Assembly: GCA_048882325.1 (NCBI GenBank)
Contig: JBHLRS010000009.1
Location: 4,207 to 68,206 of the forward strand
Source: Candidatus Thorarchaeota archaeon
GTDB lineage: Archaea > Asgardarchaeota > Thorarchaeia > Thorarchaeales > Thorarchaeaceae
Direction: 5' to 3'
Length of the DNA: 64,000 bases
The notes beneath the pieces were generated by a model. It saw nothing but the letters and a program-made list of their open reading frames with translations, searched no databases and had not been told where the DNA came from. The translations under genes were made by a program, and so were the position numbers. Shown here in pieces: positions 37,740 to 47,515 of the stretch (position 1 is the stretch's first letter; each line of letters starts with the position of its first letter).

Positions 37740-38483
37740 TCACATCTGAGGGTCGAAAGATCGTATCTCTCGTACTAATTCCTCGGCAGAATCTATTTTT
37801 GATATACATAAAGGTAGGTGTATGCTGTCAGCTATCTTTACAGCAAGTGGATCCAGCTCTTTCACACCTTGTAGAATCACCACTGCTGGTTTTACAGCCA
37901 CCGAGGTGCCAATCTGACTGGCTTTTATTGCCACCATTGGAGACCGGCCAGTGGTAACATTGGTGAGAACTGCTCCACGTTGAGTCGTTCCACCATAAAG
38001 ACGAAGTAGTTGCTGTGGAGTCAAACTGACAATAGCTTTGATACTATCAAGAACAGTATAACCATAGATGTCCCTATCGAGTAAGTTCCGGTGGGTCAAG
38101 ATTTTACAGTCAAGATGATTCACAAGCAGACGTGATGGTATTGGAACCCCAAATTCACGGCTATCAAGGATTGCATCAGAAGAGATTTCGGGAGTGATAA
38201 GTTTCTCCAGGGCTATTGCTACCCTTCCACCCTCAGATGCATCCATCTCAATTAATCCTTCCACAAAACGTTTGATTGTTTCCACTCGGGGTGATTTCCG
38301 TCTTCCACTCTCATAGTCACTAATTACTGAGGGTGAAACATTGAGATGTTTGGCGAGATTCTTCTGGGAGATGTGAAATCTTTCACGCCACCGTCGCATT
38401 ACGGCGCCAGGATCGCTCTCTGCGAGGCAAATCTCACCAGCCATTGCTTCTGCAAGTCTCCGGAGCGCCTCACTATTGTCCAT
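37740..38483 (-). CDS. XRE-family HTH domain protein with a C-terminal domain of unknown function.
   Basis: The N-terminal HTH region RFHISQKNLAKHLNVSPSVISDYESGRRKSP. Confidence 0.5.
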   Translation of the reverse strand: MDNSEALRRLAEAMAGEICLAESDPGAVMRRWRERFHISQKNLAKHLNVSPSVISDYESGRRKSPRVETIKRFVEGLIEMDASEGGRVAIALEKLITPEISSDAILDSREFGVPIPSRLLVNHLDCKILTHRNLLDRDIYGYTVLDSIKAIVSLTPQQLLRLYGGTTQRGAVLTNVTTGRSPMVAIKASQIGTSVAVKPAVVILQGVKELDPLAVKIADSIHLPLCISKIDSAEELVREIRSFDPQM

Positions 38484-38598
38484 AACCTGTTTGCTCTTGA
38501 GAATCGCTATAAGAGTTGTGCACTACTGGTTAGTGACTGGCGGGATTGTACCGAAGGACTCAAAGCAGTTGCTTGAGCTGTTCGGATTGGTTCTGCAT

Positions 38599-39363
38599 AT
38601 GTTTTTCACGTTCATTGTTGGTACTGCTGGGTCAGGAAAATCTCTACTCACTGCATCACTGGAGAAGTGGCTTGTTGGGTCGGATTTGAGTGTGGCTGTT
38701 GTCAATTTGGACCCTGGTGTTGACTCTCCACCGTATACAAGTAATGTCGATATCAGGGAATACGTAGACTACGGGGAAGTAATGAGTTCATTTGGCTTGG
38801 GTCCAAATGGGGCTCTTGTAGCTTCACTGGACATGGCAGTTAGTAGTGTAAACGATATGAGAGATGAGATTATTGATACCGATCGAGACTATGTTTTAGT
38901 AGACTGTCCTGGACAGATGGAGCTTTTTGCATATCGAAATTCCGGACCTTTGATGGTTTCTAGTCTCAGTGGTGATGATCCTTCACTCTCTCTATATTTG
39001 CTTGATTCCAATATTGCTAGAACTCCTACTGGCTATCTCTCTTCAACTCTATTGGGAATCTCGATTAGTATACGATTCAGCTTGCCACAACTGAATATCT
39101 TGAGTAAGCCAGATATCTTGACTGAGGAAGAGGTGGAAGAGATTGTAGGGTGGGGTTCAGAACCATATTTGCTTGAGGAGGCACTAGAATCATCTTCAGA
39201 AGGACTGCGAAGAGAGTACTCGAGGTCGATTATGGAGATGCTCGAATCTCTAGACACTGCAATTGGTAGTGTACCGGTTTCAGCTAAAGAAATGACTGGG
39301 ATTGATTTGTTGTACGGGGAAATGCAACGTATTTTTGCAGGTGGAGACAATCTATACGAGTGA
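38599..39363 (+). CDS. GPN-loop GTPase (XAB1/Npa3 family).
   Basis: P-loop FIVGTAGSGKS. The GPN motif GLGPNGALV. DCPGQMELF. The start was moved to the internal Met (MFFTFIVGTAGSGKS) because the upstream 41 codons are hydrophobic read-through. Confidence 0.7.
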   Translation: MFFTFIVGTAGSGKSLLTASLEKWLVGSDLSVAVVNLDPGVDSPPYTSNVDIREYVDYGEVMSSFGLGPNGALVASLDMAVSSVNDMRDEIIDTDRDYVLVDCPGQMELFAYRNSGPLMVSSLSGDDPSLSLYLLDSNIARTPTGYLSSTLLGISISIRFSLPQLNILSKPDILTEEEVEEIVGWGSEPYLLEEALESSSEGLRREYSRSIMEMLESLDTAIGSVPVSAKEMTGIDLLYGEMQRIFAGGDNLYE

Positions 39364-39370
39364 TGGGTAT

Positions 39371-40396
39371 TTGACCAAATATTTCGTCTATATCTCTGGT
39401 GAAGCTGTTGAGGTGGCAAAAGCAGAGGTAGATGTATTGATTCGTCTATCGGAGATTGATAAACATGTCAATTGGGATGGACGTATAGGTCTAGTGGACT
39501 CGCATGATGATCCAACCCCTTTCTTTCTTGAACGAGCTGCTCTGATCAAAGAGGCGGGAATAGTCTTGGCTGAAGCAGACTCACAGGATGAATTGCTCAG
39601 TGACCTATCAGATGATGTGTTAATGGATGCTATTGGAATTGAACACACCTTTTCTGTAAGAACAGTATCTGAGAATGGAAGTGTTTCTATCCGTGATAAG
39701 CGTGATTTTGAAACCAAGCTTGGTGCATACATCAAACATGCTGTTAGTGCGAAAGTGGACTTAGATTATCCTCAAGCACGTATTCTTGCTATTTTCACAG
39801 CGGGACAAATTCGAGTATGCAAATCTATAGCTTCAAAACTAAGACCAATGTTGAGAGAGAGAGAACCCGGTCGAAAACCATTCTTTCATCCTAGTATGAT
39901 GAATGCCTTTCTAGCAAGAGTAATGTGTAATCTTGCAGGAGTTATGCCAAATGAAACAGTACTCGACCCATTTTGTGGAGGTGGAGGAATTCTTTGCGAG
40001 GTTTCACACATTGGCGCAAGATCAATTGGAGTTGATTTGAACTGGCGACTCCTATCGGGAAGTGTGGAAAATCTCTCTTCAGTTGGCCAAAATTATAGCG
40101 TCATTCAGGGCGATGCTCGGTATATGCCAATTCTAGAATGTGACTGTATTGTGACAGATCCACCCTATGGGAGAGCAAGTTCGACTAGGGGAGCTCAGGC
40201 TATAGGACTCGTGGAGTCACTCTTTGGTAGAGTTGACATGATTCTTCGTCGTCGATATGACAGTGTTTGTATATGTGGGAGCGACAAAATGAACCTAAAG
40301 GACTTGGCTGAGAGAATGGGTCTTACGGTGAGTCGAATCCTACAAATCAGAGTTCATAGTGGATTGGTTAGAGAGTTACTGGTGCTTGGGGTTTAG
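39371..40396 (+). CDS. THUMP-domain tRNA (guanine-N2)-methyltransferase, archaeal Trm11/Trm-G10-like.
   Basis: An N-terminal THUMP-like region. The SAM motif LDPFCGGGGIL. The catalytic VTDPPYG. The start is probably a TTG near 39371, because the ORF-track start at 39302 overlaps the GPN GTPase gene. Confidence 0.65.
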   Translation: MTKYFVYISGEAVEVAKAEVDVLIRLSEIDKHVNWDGRIGLVDSHDDPTPFFLERAALIKEAGIVLAEADSQDELLSDLSDDVLMDAIGIEHTFSVRTVSENGSVSIRDKRDFETKLGAYIKHAVSAKVDLDYPQARILAIFTAGQIRVCKSIASKLRPMLREREPGRKPFFHPSMMNAFLARVMCNLAGVMPNETVLDPFCGGGGILCEVSHIGARSIGVDLNWRLLSGSVENLSSVGQNYSVIQGDARYMPILECDCIVTDPPYGRASSTRGAQAIGLVESLFGRVDMILRRRYDSVCICGSDKMNLKDLAERMGLTVSRILQIRVHSGLVRELLVLGV

Positions 40397-40818
40397 TTGT
40401 GAACAATCCTGCCGTCTTTGGTCGGAGGAGTGAACCACTTCACAAATTGATCATATTCTTGTTCTGAAGAAAAGACAAGGACAATTTCTATACAGCCTAG
40501 AGGAGGCAATTCTTGGTTGTCATCAATTATTCGGGTTTTCTTAGCTAGTGCAGCTTGCTTGTCAAAGTAAATCTTGGTCGATGTTCCATTCCAGTTCGAT
40601 TCTAATCGTTTCCGAGCTGCATCGATGATTCTTGTTTCATGAATTGCTTGCCGCACGTGATTCATGACATCGCGGTTCTTGAAGGTTCCAGAGATATCTG
40701 ATACTTCACTGCCCTTCGTGATTACAAACTCAAGTCCACCCAGAAGATTATCAAGTGCCTTTCCAACTTTCGTGGTGTCTTCGGTGGGGTTTACTGGACA
40801 TGAAACGAGAACTTCCAT
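40393..40818 (-). CDS. Hypothetical UPF0201-like protein.
   Basis: 141 aa, immediately downstream of a UPF0200-type kinase gene in the arrangement common in archaea. No catalytic motifs. Confidence 0.4.
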   Translation of the reverse strand: MEVLVSCPVNPTEDTTKVGKALDNLLGGLEFVITKGSEVSDISGTFKNRDVMNHVRQAIHETRIIDAARKRLESNWNGTSTKIYFDKQAALAKKTRIIDDNQELPPLGCIEIVLVFSSEQEYDQFVKWFTPPTKDGRIVHN

Positions 40819-40819
40819 C

Positions 40820-41359
40820 TCAGACCAGCCTCTTTACCAATTTCTTGGACTGATCTTGAAATTCATCGAGTGAGCCTTCATTTACAATCATAATGTCACT
40901 TAGGGCTATTACTCCTCCTAGACCCACCGAAATTTCTCTGATGTCACGTTCTCTGAAAACTTCCCAACTAGAAGGTGCATCCTCACGGTTTCGTTCACAA
41001 AGTCGTCTGTAGCGTTCCTTTGGGGAAGTATGGACACAGATGATGACAACAGAATCAGCGCAATCATCAAAGACATCGATCTCAGCAATGCTTCTACAAC
41101 CCTCGATGACGACGATGTCTGAATTAAGTTCTTTCAGTTCATCTACACAGAAACTTGCGACTGCTCCAGGACCGTTCTTTTCTCGAAGTTCTAGCATGAC
41201 TTTCTTGGTATTTTCTAGGTTTGGCTCAAGTCCGCGCCTTCGAGTTTCATTGCGTATCACATCGCCCATCACAATCACTGGAATACCAGCATCATGAAAT
41301 GCTTGAGCGACACCACTCTTTCCCGCACCTGGCATACCAGTCACTATTATCAGTTTCAT
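40820..41359 (-). CDS. UPF0200-type P-loop nucleotide kinase (dephospho-CoA-kinase-like / adenylate-kinase-like).
   Basis: MKLIIVTGMPGAGKSGVAQAF P-loop. The start was moved to the internal Met. The ORF-track N-terminal 32 aa are unlikely to be real. Confidence 0.55.
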   Translation of the reverse strand: MKLIIVTGMPGAGKSGVAQAFHDAGIPVIVMGDVIRNETRRRGLEPNLENTKKVMLELREKNGPGAVASFCVDELKELNSDIVVIEGCRSIAEIDVFDDCADSVVIICVHTSPKERYRRLCERNREDAPSSWEVFRERDIREISVGLGGVIALSDIMIVNEGSLDEFQDQSKKLVKRLV

Positions 41360-41443
41360 TGTTCCCACCTGAAACCTCTCGCCTTCGTCTTGTGATTGTC
41401 CTTTAAGAATTCCCTTAGAGCCAACTAGCGTCACTGTAATATC

Positions 41444-42052
41444 GTGGATGTGCATTATTTAATCGTCAATAGAGGTGTTTGTGTGACTGATGAAGTCAGA
41501 TCTTTTCTTAGTATAGATATCGAAGACCAATCATTGTTGTCACAGATTCTGAATATTCAGGGAAGGTTAGACCAGAGTGCAGCAAAGATGAAGATTGTCA
41601 AGAGTGAGAACATTCACTTCACACTGCGGTTCTTCGGTGATACGCCTTTGACAAAGTTGGACCAAATCAAGACGCGTCTTGATGAATTAGACTTCGACCC
41701 ATTTGAGATTGAAATCGCAGGTGTTGGTGCGTTCCCAAACAAGAAACGACCCAGAGTAATTTGGATTGGAGTTACACAAAATGCATCTGAAGTTGTGAAA
41801 CTCAAGGCCAAGATCGATTCTTCATTAATCGATATTGGTTATCAACCTGAGCAAAGAAAGTATACACCTCATGCAACAATTGCCAGGGTTCGTCATGTTA
41901 AGAATGCGAAAAGAATTGCTGACAATCTGGAATATCTGTCTGGTGAAATTATTGGTAGAATGAGAGTCGTGCGACTAACTATGATGAAGAGTACCCTCAC
42001 TCCCTCAGGACCAATTTATGAACCCCTATGGGAGGTCGGTAATGAATCCTGA
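41444..42052 (+). CDS. 2'-5' RNA ligase / 2H phosphoesterase (LigT/ThpR family).
   Basis: Two H-x-T/S-x motifs, HFTLRF and HATIAR. The start is probably downstream of the ORF-track start, near RSFLSIDI. Confidence 0.65.
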   Translation: MDVHYLIVNRGVCVTDEVRSFLSIDIEDQSLLSQILNIQGRLDQSAAKMKIVKSENIHFTLRFFGDTPLTKLDQIKTRLDELDFDPFEIEIAGVGAFPNKKRPRVIWIGVTQNASEVVKLKAKIDSSLIDIGYQPEQRKYTPHATIARVRHVKNAKRIADNLEYLSGEIIGRMRVVRLTMMKSTLTPSGPIYEPLWEVGNES

Positions 42053-42058
42053 AAGAAG

Positions 42059-42195
42059 TGGTGGGCCGGGGGAGACTTGTTCCGATGGGGGAAGTCCCGA
42101 ATCGTTTGAACTCCCGATCTCTTGCATTCTGTGACTTGAGGCGTAAATCCTCAGCCGCCCCAAGCAAGAATCATACCAAGCTAGACTACCGACCC
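42059..42195 (-). tRNA. Candidate tRNA (Pro, anticodon GGG?) with two introns, one at or near 37/38 and one inside the T-loop (~59/60). CCA is encoded.
   Basis: Hand fold gives acceptor GGGTCGG/CCGGCCC (one G-U) plus ACCA. The anticodon stem CTTGC/GCAAG is separated by 38 nt (loop TTGGGG plus ~31-nt insert with the helix TGAGG-ATTTACG-CCTCA). The T-stem GGGAG/CTCCC has its loop TTCAAA interrupted by ~29 nt. Total length is 137 nt. The anticodon assignment is tentative. Confidence 0.4.
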
Positions 42196-42395
42196 GTGCT
42201 GCATGAGTCTTTTGAGATACTCATGACTGAATTGCCGTGTCTCGAACTTAAGATAAACATTACCACTCTTTCGAGTGTTCAAAGAAGTTTGGAACACATG
42301 TTCTAATAGCTCTCGTAATTGCATGAAAAGATTCAGACTTATCAGTATCTTCACTATCCACCATAGATTGTAGCTCAAACAAGAGATGGCTTAGG

Positions 42396-43445
42396 ATGGT
42401 TACAGATCTAGTATACCACGATATCTTCGTTGAACACGTGATGTCTAGAGGACATCCTGAAGGTCCTGAAAGACTGAGAAGTGCGATGAGTTCTATCGGT
42501 GGTGCAGGTCTACTGAATGATCAGAAAGTGAATCTATTAACTCCAGAGAAAGCCATTTTGGATGAGGTGTACCAAATTCATGGGAAAGCGTATCTTGAAG
42601 GTATAAGAGCAAAATCGGAGAAAGGAGGTGGTATATACACAATGGACACCTCTGTCAACTCATTCACATATGATGCTGCATTGTTTGCAGCTGGCGGAGG
42701 GATAAAGGCAGTTGATCGGGTCATGTCGGAAGATTCAGAGAATGGCTTTCTGCTGTGCAGACCCCCAGGTCATCATGCGGAGTTTGAACGTGCTTTTGGT
42801 TTCTGTTTTATCAACAACATTGCAGTTGCTGCTAAACATCTCTTGGAAAAACATGATGTTGAACGCGTAATGATAGTTGATTATGACGCGCATCATGGAA
42901 ATGGAACGCAGCGAAGTTTCTATTCCTCGAAGGATGTACTTTATGTTGGACTACATCAGGATGGAAGAACTCTATTCCCAGGATCTGGATTTGCTAGTGA
43001 AATTGGAGTTGGAGAAGGTGAAGGTTACACAGTAAATCTGGCAATGTACCCAGGAGCTGGAGATAGGTCGTATGACTTGGCTTTTACCAAAGTTCTCGAT
43101 CCCATTGCTAAATCGTTCAACCCTGACTTCATACTTGTTTCTGTTGGCTACGACGGACATTTCATGGATCCGTTGACAAACCTCGGACTGACTACTGCAG
43201 GCTTTGCAATGATGAATTCCCGTCTAAAACGGATGGCTGAGAGTCATGCTGATGGGAAGATAGTAGCCTTTCTAGAAGGTGGGTATAATCTTGATGTGAT
43301 GGGTATGTGTGCCTTGAACCTTGTTCAAGAATTTGCTGGTTTGAAAGTTACAAGGTTTGATGATGAGAACACAGAGAGCACAATTGCAACCGAGTATACC
43401 GAGAAACTGATTGAGAAGATCGTAACAGATTCACCCCTGGTTTAG
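42396..43445 (+). CDS. Histone-deacetylase-family amidohydrolase (AcuC/acetylpolyamine aminohydrolase-like).
   Basis: The catalytic core RPPGHHAEF...FCFINNIAVAA and the metal-binding DYDAHHGNGTQ. Confidence 0.8.
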   Translation: MVTDLVYHDIFVEHVMSRGHPEGPERLRSAMSSIGGAGLLNDQKVNLLTPEKAILDEVYQIHGKAYLEGIRAKSEKGGGIYTMDTSVNSFTYDAALFAAGGGIKAVDRVMSEDSENGFLLCRPPGHHAEFERAFGFCFINNIAVAAKHLLEKHDVERVMIVDYDAHHGNGTQRSFYSSKDVLYVGLHQDGRTLFPGSGFASEIGVGEGEGYTVNLAMYPGAGDRSYDLAFTKVLDPIAKSFNPDFILVSVGYDGHFMDPLTNLGLTTAGFAMMNSRLKRMAESHADGKIVAFLEGGYNLDVMGMCALNLVQEFAGLKVTRFDDENTESTIATEYTEKLIEKIVTDSPLV

Positions 43446-43466
43446 ATTGAGATTCGATGACTAGAT

Positions 43467-46400
43467 TCACATCACAAAAGCGGAAACATTGTCATCCATT
43501 GTTTTTACTATTAGATTTCTTGGAGTGGTTTCACTTTCTTCAAGGTACTCAGACGCAGTGAGAACGCATACCACTTTGCTAGATTTGCATGTTCTACAGG
43601 CTATTTCACTATGTAAATTGAGAAGTGTATTCAGTTGCTGCTGATTTGGAAATATAACATAAGAAGTATCACCAACACAAAGGTCATAGTATCCATGATT
43701 TTTGGACACTTTGGAATGATGTTTCTTCAGCTCTTCCTCAATGGAGGTGATTGCCTTTTCCTTTAGATGCTTCAAGACTGATGAATTAACTAGCCAGAGT
43801 CCTTCTGTGAGCTCCATGAATTGTGATTCGCCGTTGACACGGAGGGCAATTAAGACCTCATCAGCTAACAGTTCTGTCAGAGCACGCTTCCCTTCCTCTA
43901 TGTTTAGTGGAGCGGACCTGCCCTTCAATGACTGAAGAGCTGTAGTTTCTATGAACTCAAGTAGCTCTTCCCATTTGACTTGTCCATTTGATATGTCAAC
44001 TAGGTCTTGAATCAGACCAAACCATAGCCGAATCTGAATCGCTCTATTGGTTGCGGATCCTACACCATGCATAGCTCCAATCAAATCTACTTTTTCATGT
44101 GATTCCTCCTCCACATCCTCTGCTAGCTGAGTCTGGACAATGGAAGCCTCTGACTGACCTGATTTACTCGCTAGTCCATCAATAATTGAATCTAAGGATC
44201 GTGGAAATGCAGAAACGACACTGACCTCATTGAATTCCTCAGATGAGTCCATCAGTTCCCTTAGTTTTGCAGCTGCAACGCTACCTCGTACAACCACAAT
44301 TAGCTCACTTACCCCATTCTGTAGTTTACTCATCTGTCCTCGAATTCTGTCTAGTGTTGAACCGATTGATGATGCTCGTAAGTGTTCAGGAATAACTATC
44401 ACTGCTCTGTCTTCAAGGACTATGTCCGGCCAATCCAGATTGGCTGACATTGAGGAGGTATTGTATTCTATCCCGAGTTTCTCATAGATATATTCAACAA
44501 TCACCCGTCTTACAGCACCTAGGGCTTTTCCTGGTAGAGCAAAAACAAATCCTCCATCTACAAGTGCTAATGCTTCTCTTTCAACACTACCCAATGATAC
44601 TAGATTTCGAATCGCTTCTGAAATGTCATCATCCACAACATTAGAGTCAAGTACAGAGAGAAGATTTCGGATTTCACTCTCTGTCGCCCAGCCCTCTGAT
44701 GCAAGGAATGCAACAACGTGATTTCCAAGTCTATCTATTCTGTTAAAGACAAGCGTCTGTGCTTTGATATCTTCAACCGCTTCAGTATTATCCAAGTCAC
44801 TAGTAATTGCCCCCTCATCCGATACAGTGGATTCGATAACAGAATCGATTTCACTTTCAGTAATGTCATTAGACGGTTGTTCGCTTTGACCCAATGTGTC
44901 TGGAAATCGTTGAGTGACAATTTCAAAAGTTTCAGTGTCAGGTATACTCATCAAGGCTCTCCCACGTTGTAGACTTCGGAGATACTGTTCTTGATCGCTA
45001 CTCAATGAAAGAAATCTTCCTCCAACATGACTGTCATAGGGTAAGCGAAACACTACCTTGGTAGATGTGTTTGCTAGGATGTTTGTAGAGATGTTGGGTC
45101 TAGTTGAAACTACAATAACACCTTGTCCTGTAGCCCGTTGTAGCATCACCATAGATTCACCAGTAGTTACATCAGCTGCAGAGTGTCTTGTATAACTCTC
45201 AGGAACAAGATTGCTTGCTTCTTCTAATACAACAACATGATGTAGACCTTCTGTGATACCTCGCTTCATGGCACTGTCGAAGATACGCTTCGCAACAAGA
45301 TTGTAAAGCAATCGAGCAGAATCCATTCCACCAACACGTGCAACATGAGAAAGATCAAGAATTACGCGTTTAGCAAGTAATTCTGAGAACTGAACTGATT
45401 CACCCTCTTTACCAAGGATTGATCCTAATGGTTCTCTGGTCAAAATCTCCAGACGGTTGATTAAAGCGTCTCTTGTCATATTCCCAGTCCGATCGTTACC
45501 TGATAATTCGTTAATTGCTGATATTAATGATTGAACCGAGTTTCCATGATTTAACGTTTCTGCGACTCGCATCACAGAGTCTCTGAGTAGTTTTTCCATT
45601 GCTGGAGAGAGTTCAGATGAATCACCTCTTTCATTCAATAACTCCTTCAAAATAACAAATGTTGAATGAGCGTGATTCTCATCATCAGCCATCTCAGGGT
45701 CAATAAGGTTAATGGAGAATGAAGTGTCAAGACCAGGTTTCAATACAAGAACTTCTGTTTCACTATGATTGACCAGACCATGATATTCAGACCCCTTTAC
45801 GTCAAATATCCACCAAGGTATAGAAGTCTTCATGCTCAGCTGAGCCATAAGATGCTTGACAAGTGTAGTCTTTCCACTGCCAGTTGCTCCTAAGATTGCA
45901 ATATGTTCTCTTAACCAATTCACCTTCAAGCCAACATCAGATAATCGTCGACCTCCGAACACAGTTTTACCAATAACTAGTTCATTGTCCACTAACTCTT
46001 TTGTGGGGACTGGAAAAACGGGAGCATGTTTCGGAGTGATTACAGGTAGCTGTTGAATTGGTGTATTCACAAGGGACGACAATTTTGCAATGTGAATTCG
46101 CTGACGTTTCAAATGGCGGCGAGTCAGTATTTTGAAGACATTCCGTTTTGAGTACTTATGATATTTCAGCTTGATGGAGTTTCCACCACCCCATATCGAG
46201 TGGATCAACCCTATTACTCCATCCATATCCACATCCATGCGGCTGTTTTTGGTCGGGCTTACTTTGAAATATACTGTAGAGTCAAACCATCCAGCTCCAT
46301 CCTGAATTTCTTCATAACGGGTCACCAATCTTTTCTTTGCTGCATGGTCTTGTAATGACTCCTCTTTTCGCTTCTCTTTTGATTGAATGCTCCTCCATTG

Positions 46401-47267
46401 ATTTTCAAGTGAACGCTTTTCTTTTCCAGGTTTAGCTGAAGAGAATACACAGGTCATACTTGTGGTATATCCCTGTTTAAGAGATGTCGAAAGGTATGTT
46501 CCAATCTGAGAAGCTTCTAGAGTTGGGAATACCCGTGGTTGTCCTTGCAGAGCTAGGAATCCCAGTAAGTCATTCCCATGCTTGATTTTCAGTTCTCTCG
46601 ATTCGAGGCAAATCCCATTTATGTGAGTAAGAGCAACAGATTCGAGAGAGTCACCCTCTAGAAGCTTTAATTCCACATTATTGAGAGATGACAAAAGAAT
46701 TGCTTCAGTCCGGGTTGCCTCTCTTCTCAATATCTCCTGTATCTGTTTTGACGTGTGACCGGTTGCTGTGATAAAGATACGTAGGAATGGCTCTCCATTT
46801 GTAACTCCAACCTCAAAAGCCATTGTTATTGATTTGTCCATTCCTGCTCTCATCGCAAGTAACATAGTTTCATTGTATCTCGGTTTTCCATTCTCATCTA
46901 GATACACCGAACCAGAAACTGACATAATATCAAGACAACATGTCCCAATCACAAAGTCATCGAGCTGAACAAGTAGTGTGCTGTCCTGAATCGATACTGA
47001 AGGATTCTGAAGACGAACTTTCTTCATAGTCAGGTAAGACCCAGTTATAACTGGTATAAGACACACAATCACTTCAACCATTATTTTTTGAGGGATAAAG
47101 GGTTGACTGAACAGTCCAATCAATGGTAGGAGGTAGACTAGTAGTAGATACAATCCCGATGCTATTGTACTAAACACCCAGACTATAGCTAACCATGATT
47201 TTGGTCGTCTATGCAAATCATGAGAAGCCACAGCTGTGTTCTCTCGTAGGGAAATACGAAATGGCAT
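43467..47267 (-). CDS. Giant 1266-aa membrane-anchored HerA/FtsK/VirB4-like (AAA_10/DUF87) ATPase with a long C-terminal extension.
   Basis: Two N-terminal TM helices (WLAIVWVFSTIASGLYLLLVYLLPLIGLF and VEVIVCLIPVITG). The ATPase core has Walker A AILGATGSGKTT and Walker B VVVLEEASNL. About 550 C-terminal residues with helix-turn-helix-like repeats follow. Confidence 0.7.
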   Translation of the reverse strand: MPFRISLRENTAVASHDLHRRPKSWLAIVWVFSTIASGLYLLLVYLLPLIGLFSQPFIPQKIMVEVIVCLIPVITGSYLTMKKVRLQNPSVSIQDSTLLVQLDDFVIGTCCLDIMSVSGSVYLDENGKPRYNETMLLAMRAGMDKSITMAFEVGVTNGEPFLRIFITATGHTSKQIQEILRREATRTEAILLSSLNNVELKLLEGDSLESVALTHINGICLESRELKIKHGNDLLGFLALQGQPRVFPTLEASQIGTYLSTSLKQGYTTSMTCVFSSAKPGKEKRSLENQWRSIQSKEKRKEESLQDHAAKKRLVTRYEEIQDGAGWFDSTVYFKVSPTKNSRMDVDMDGVIGLIHSIWGGGNSIKLKYHKYSKRNVFKILTRRHLKRQRIHIAKLSSLVNTPIQQLPVITPKHAPVFPVPTKELVDNELVIGKTVFGGRRLSDVGLKVNWLREHIAILGATGSGKTTLVKHLMAQLSMKTSIPWWIFDVKGSEYHGLVNHSETEVLVLKPGLDTSFSINLIDPEMADDENHAHSTFVILKELLNERGDSSELSPAMEKLLRDSVMRVAETLNHGNSVQSLISAINELSGNDRTGNMTRDALINRLEILTREPLGSILGKEGESVQFSELLAKRVILDLSHVARVGGMDSARLLYNLVAKRIFDSAMKRGITEGLHHVVVLEEASNLVPESYTRHSAADVTTGESMVMLQRATGQGVIVVSTRPNISTNILANTSTKVVFRLPYDSHVGGRFLSLSSDQEQYLRSLQRGRALMSIPDTETFEIVTQRFPDTLGQSEQPSNDITESEIDSVIESTVSDEGAITSDLDNTEAVEDIKAQTLVFNRIDRLGNHVVAFLASEGWATESEIRNLLSVLDSNVVDDDISEAIRNLVSLGSVEREALALVDGGFVFALPGKALGAVRRVIVEYIYEKLGIEYNTSSMSANLDWPDIVLEDRAVIVIPEHLRASSIGSTLDRIRGQMSKLQNGVSELIVVVRGSVAAAKLRELMDSSEEFNEVSVVSAFPRSLDSIIDGLASKSGQSEASIVQTQLAEDVEEESHEKVDLIGAMHGVGSATNRAIQIRLWFGLIQDLVDISNGQVKWEELLEFIETTALQSLKGRSAPLNIEEGKRALTELLADEVLIALRVNGESQFMELTEGLWLVNSSVLKHLKEKAITSIEEELKKHHSKVSKNHGYYDLCVGDTSYVIFPNQQQLNTLLNLHSEIACRTCKSSKVVCVLTASEYLEESETTPRNLIVKTMDDNVSAFVM

Positions 47268-47515
47268 CTACATCTTCCTCATCATACTAACTCTAGACCA
47301 AGAGAGATTGTTTTTGGAGTTGAACCATCGTACCTTTGTTGAGCATATGAACACCCCTAAACAAATCATCCAATACTATGCACTCTATAGGAGAATAAAA
47401 ACCCAGAAACAGAATGATGAACTGGTGACGAAACCCTAGAAGAGTGATTTCGGTACCTACCTCTCAAAATCCCTAGGGGGTATAGACAATCAAGAAATCA
47501 GACTGGTTCCCAATA

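Noticed and set aside
42058-42306. Plus-strand 82-aa ORF
   Set aside because: It overlaps the multi-intron tRNA candidate and GC-rich structured sequence. It has no protein-like features.
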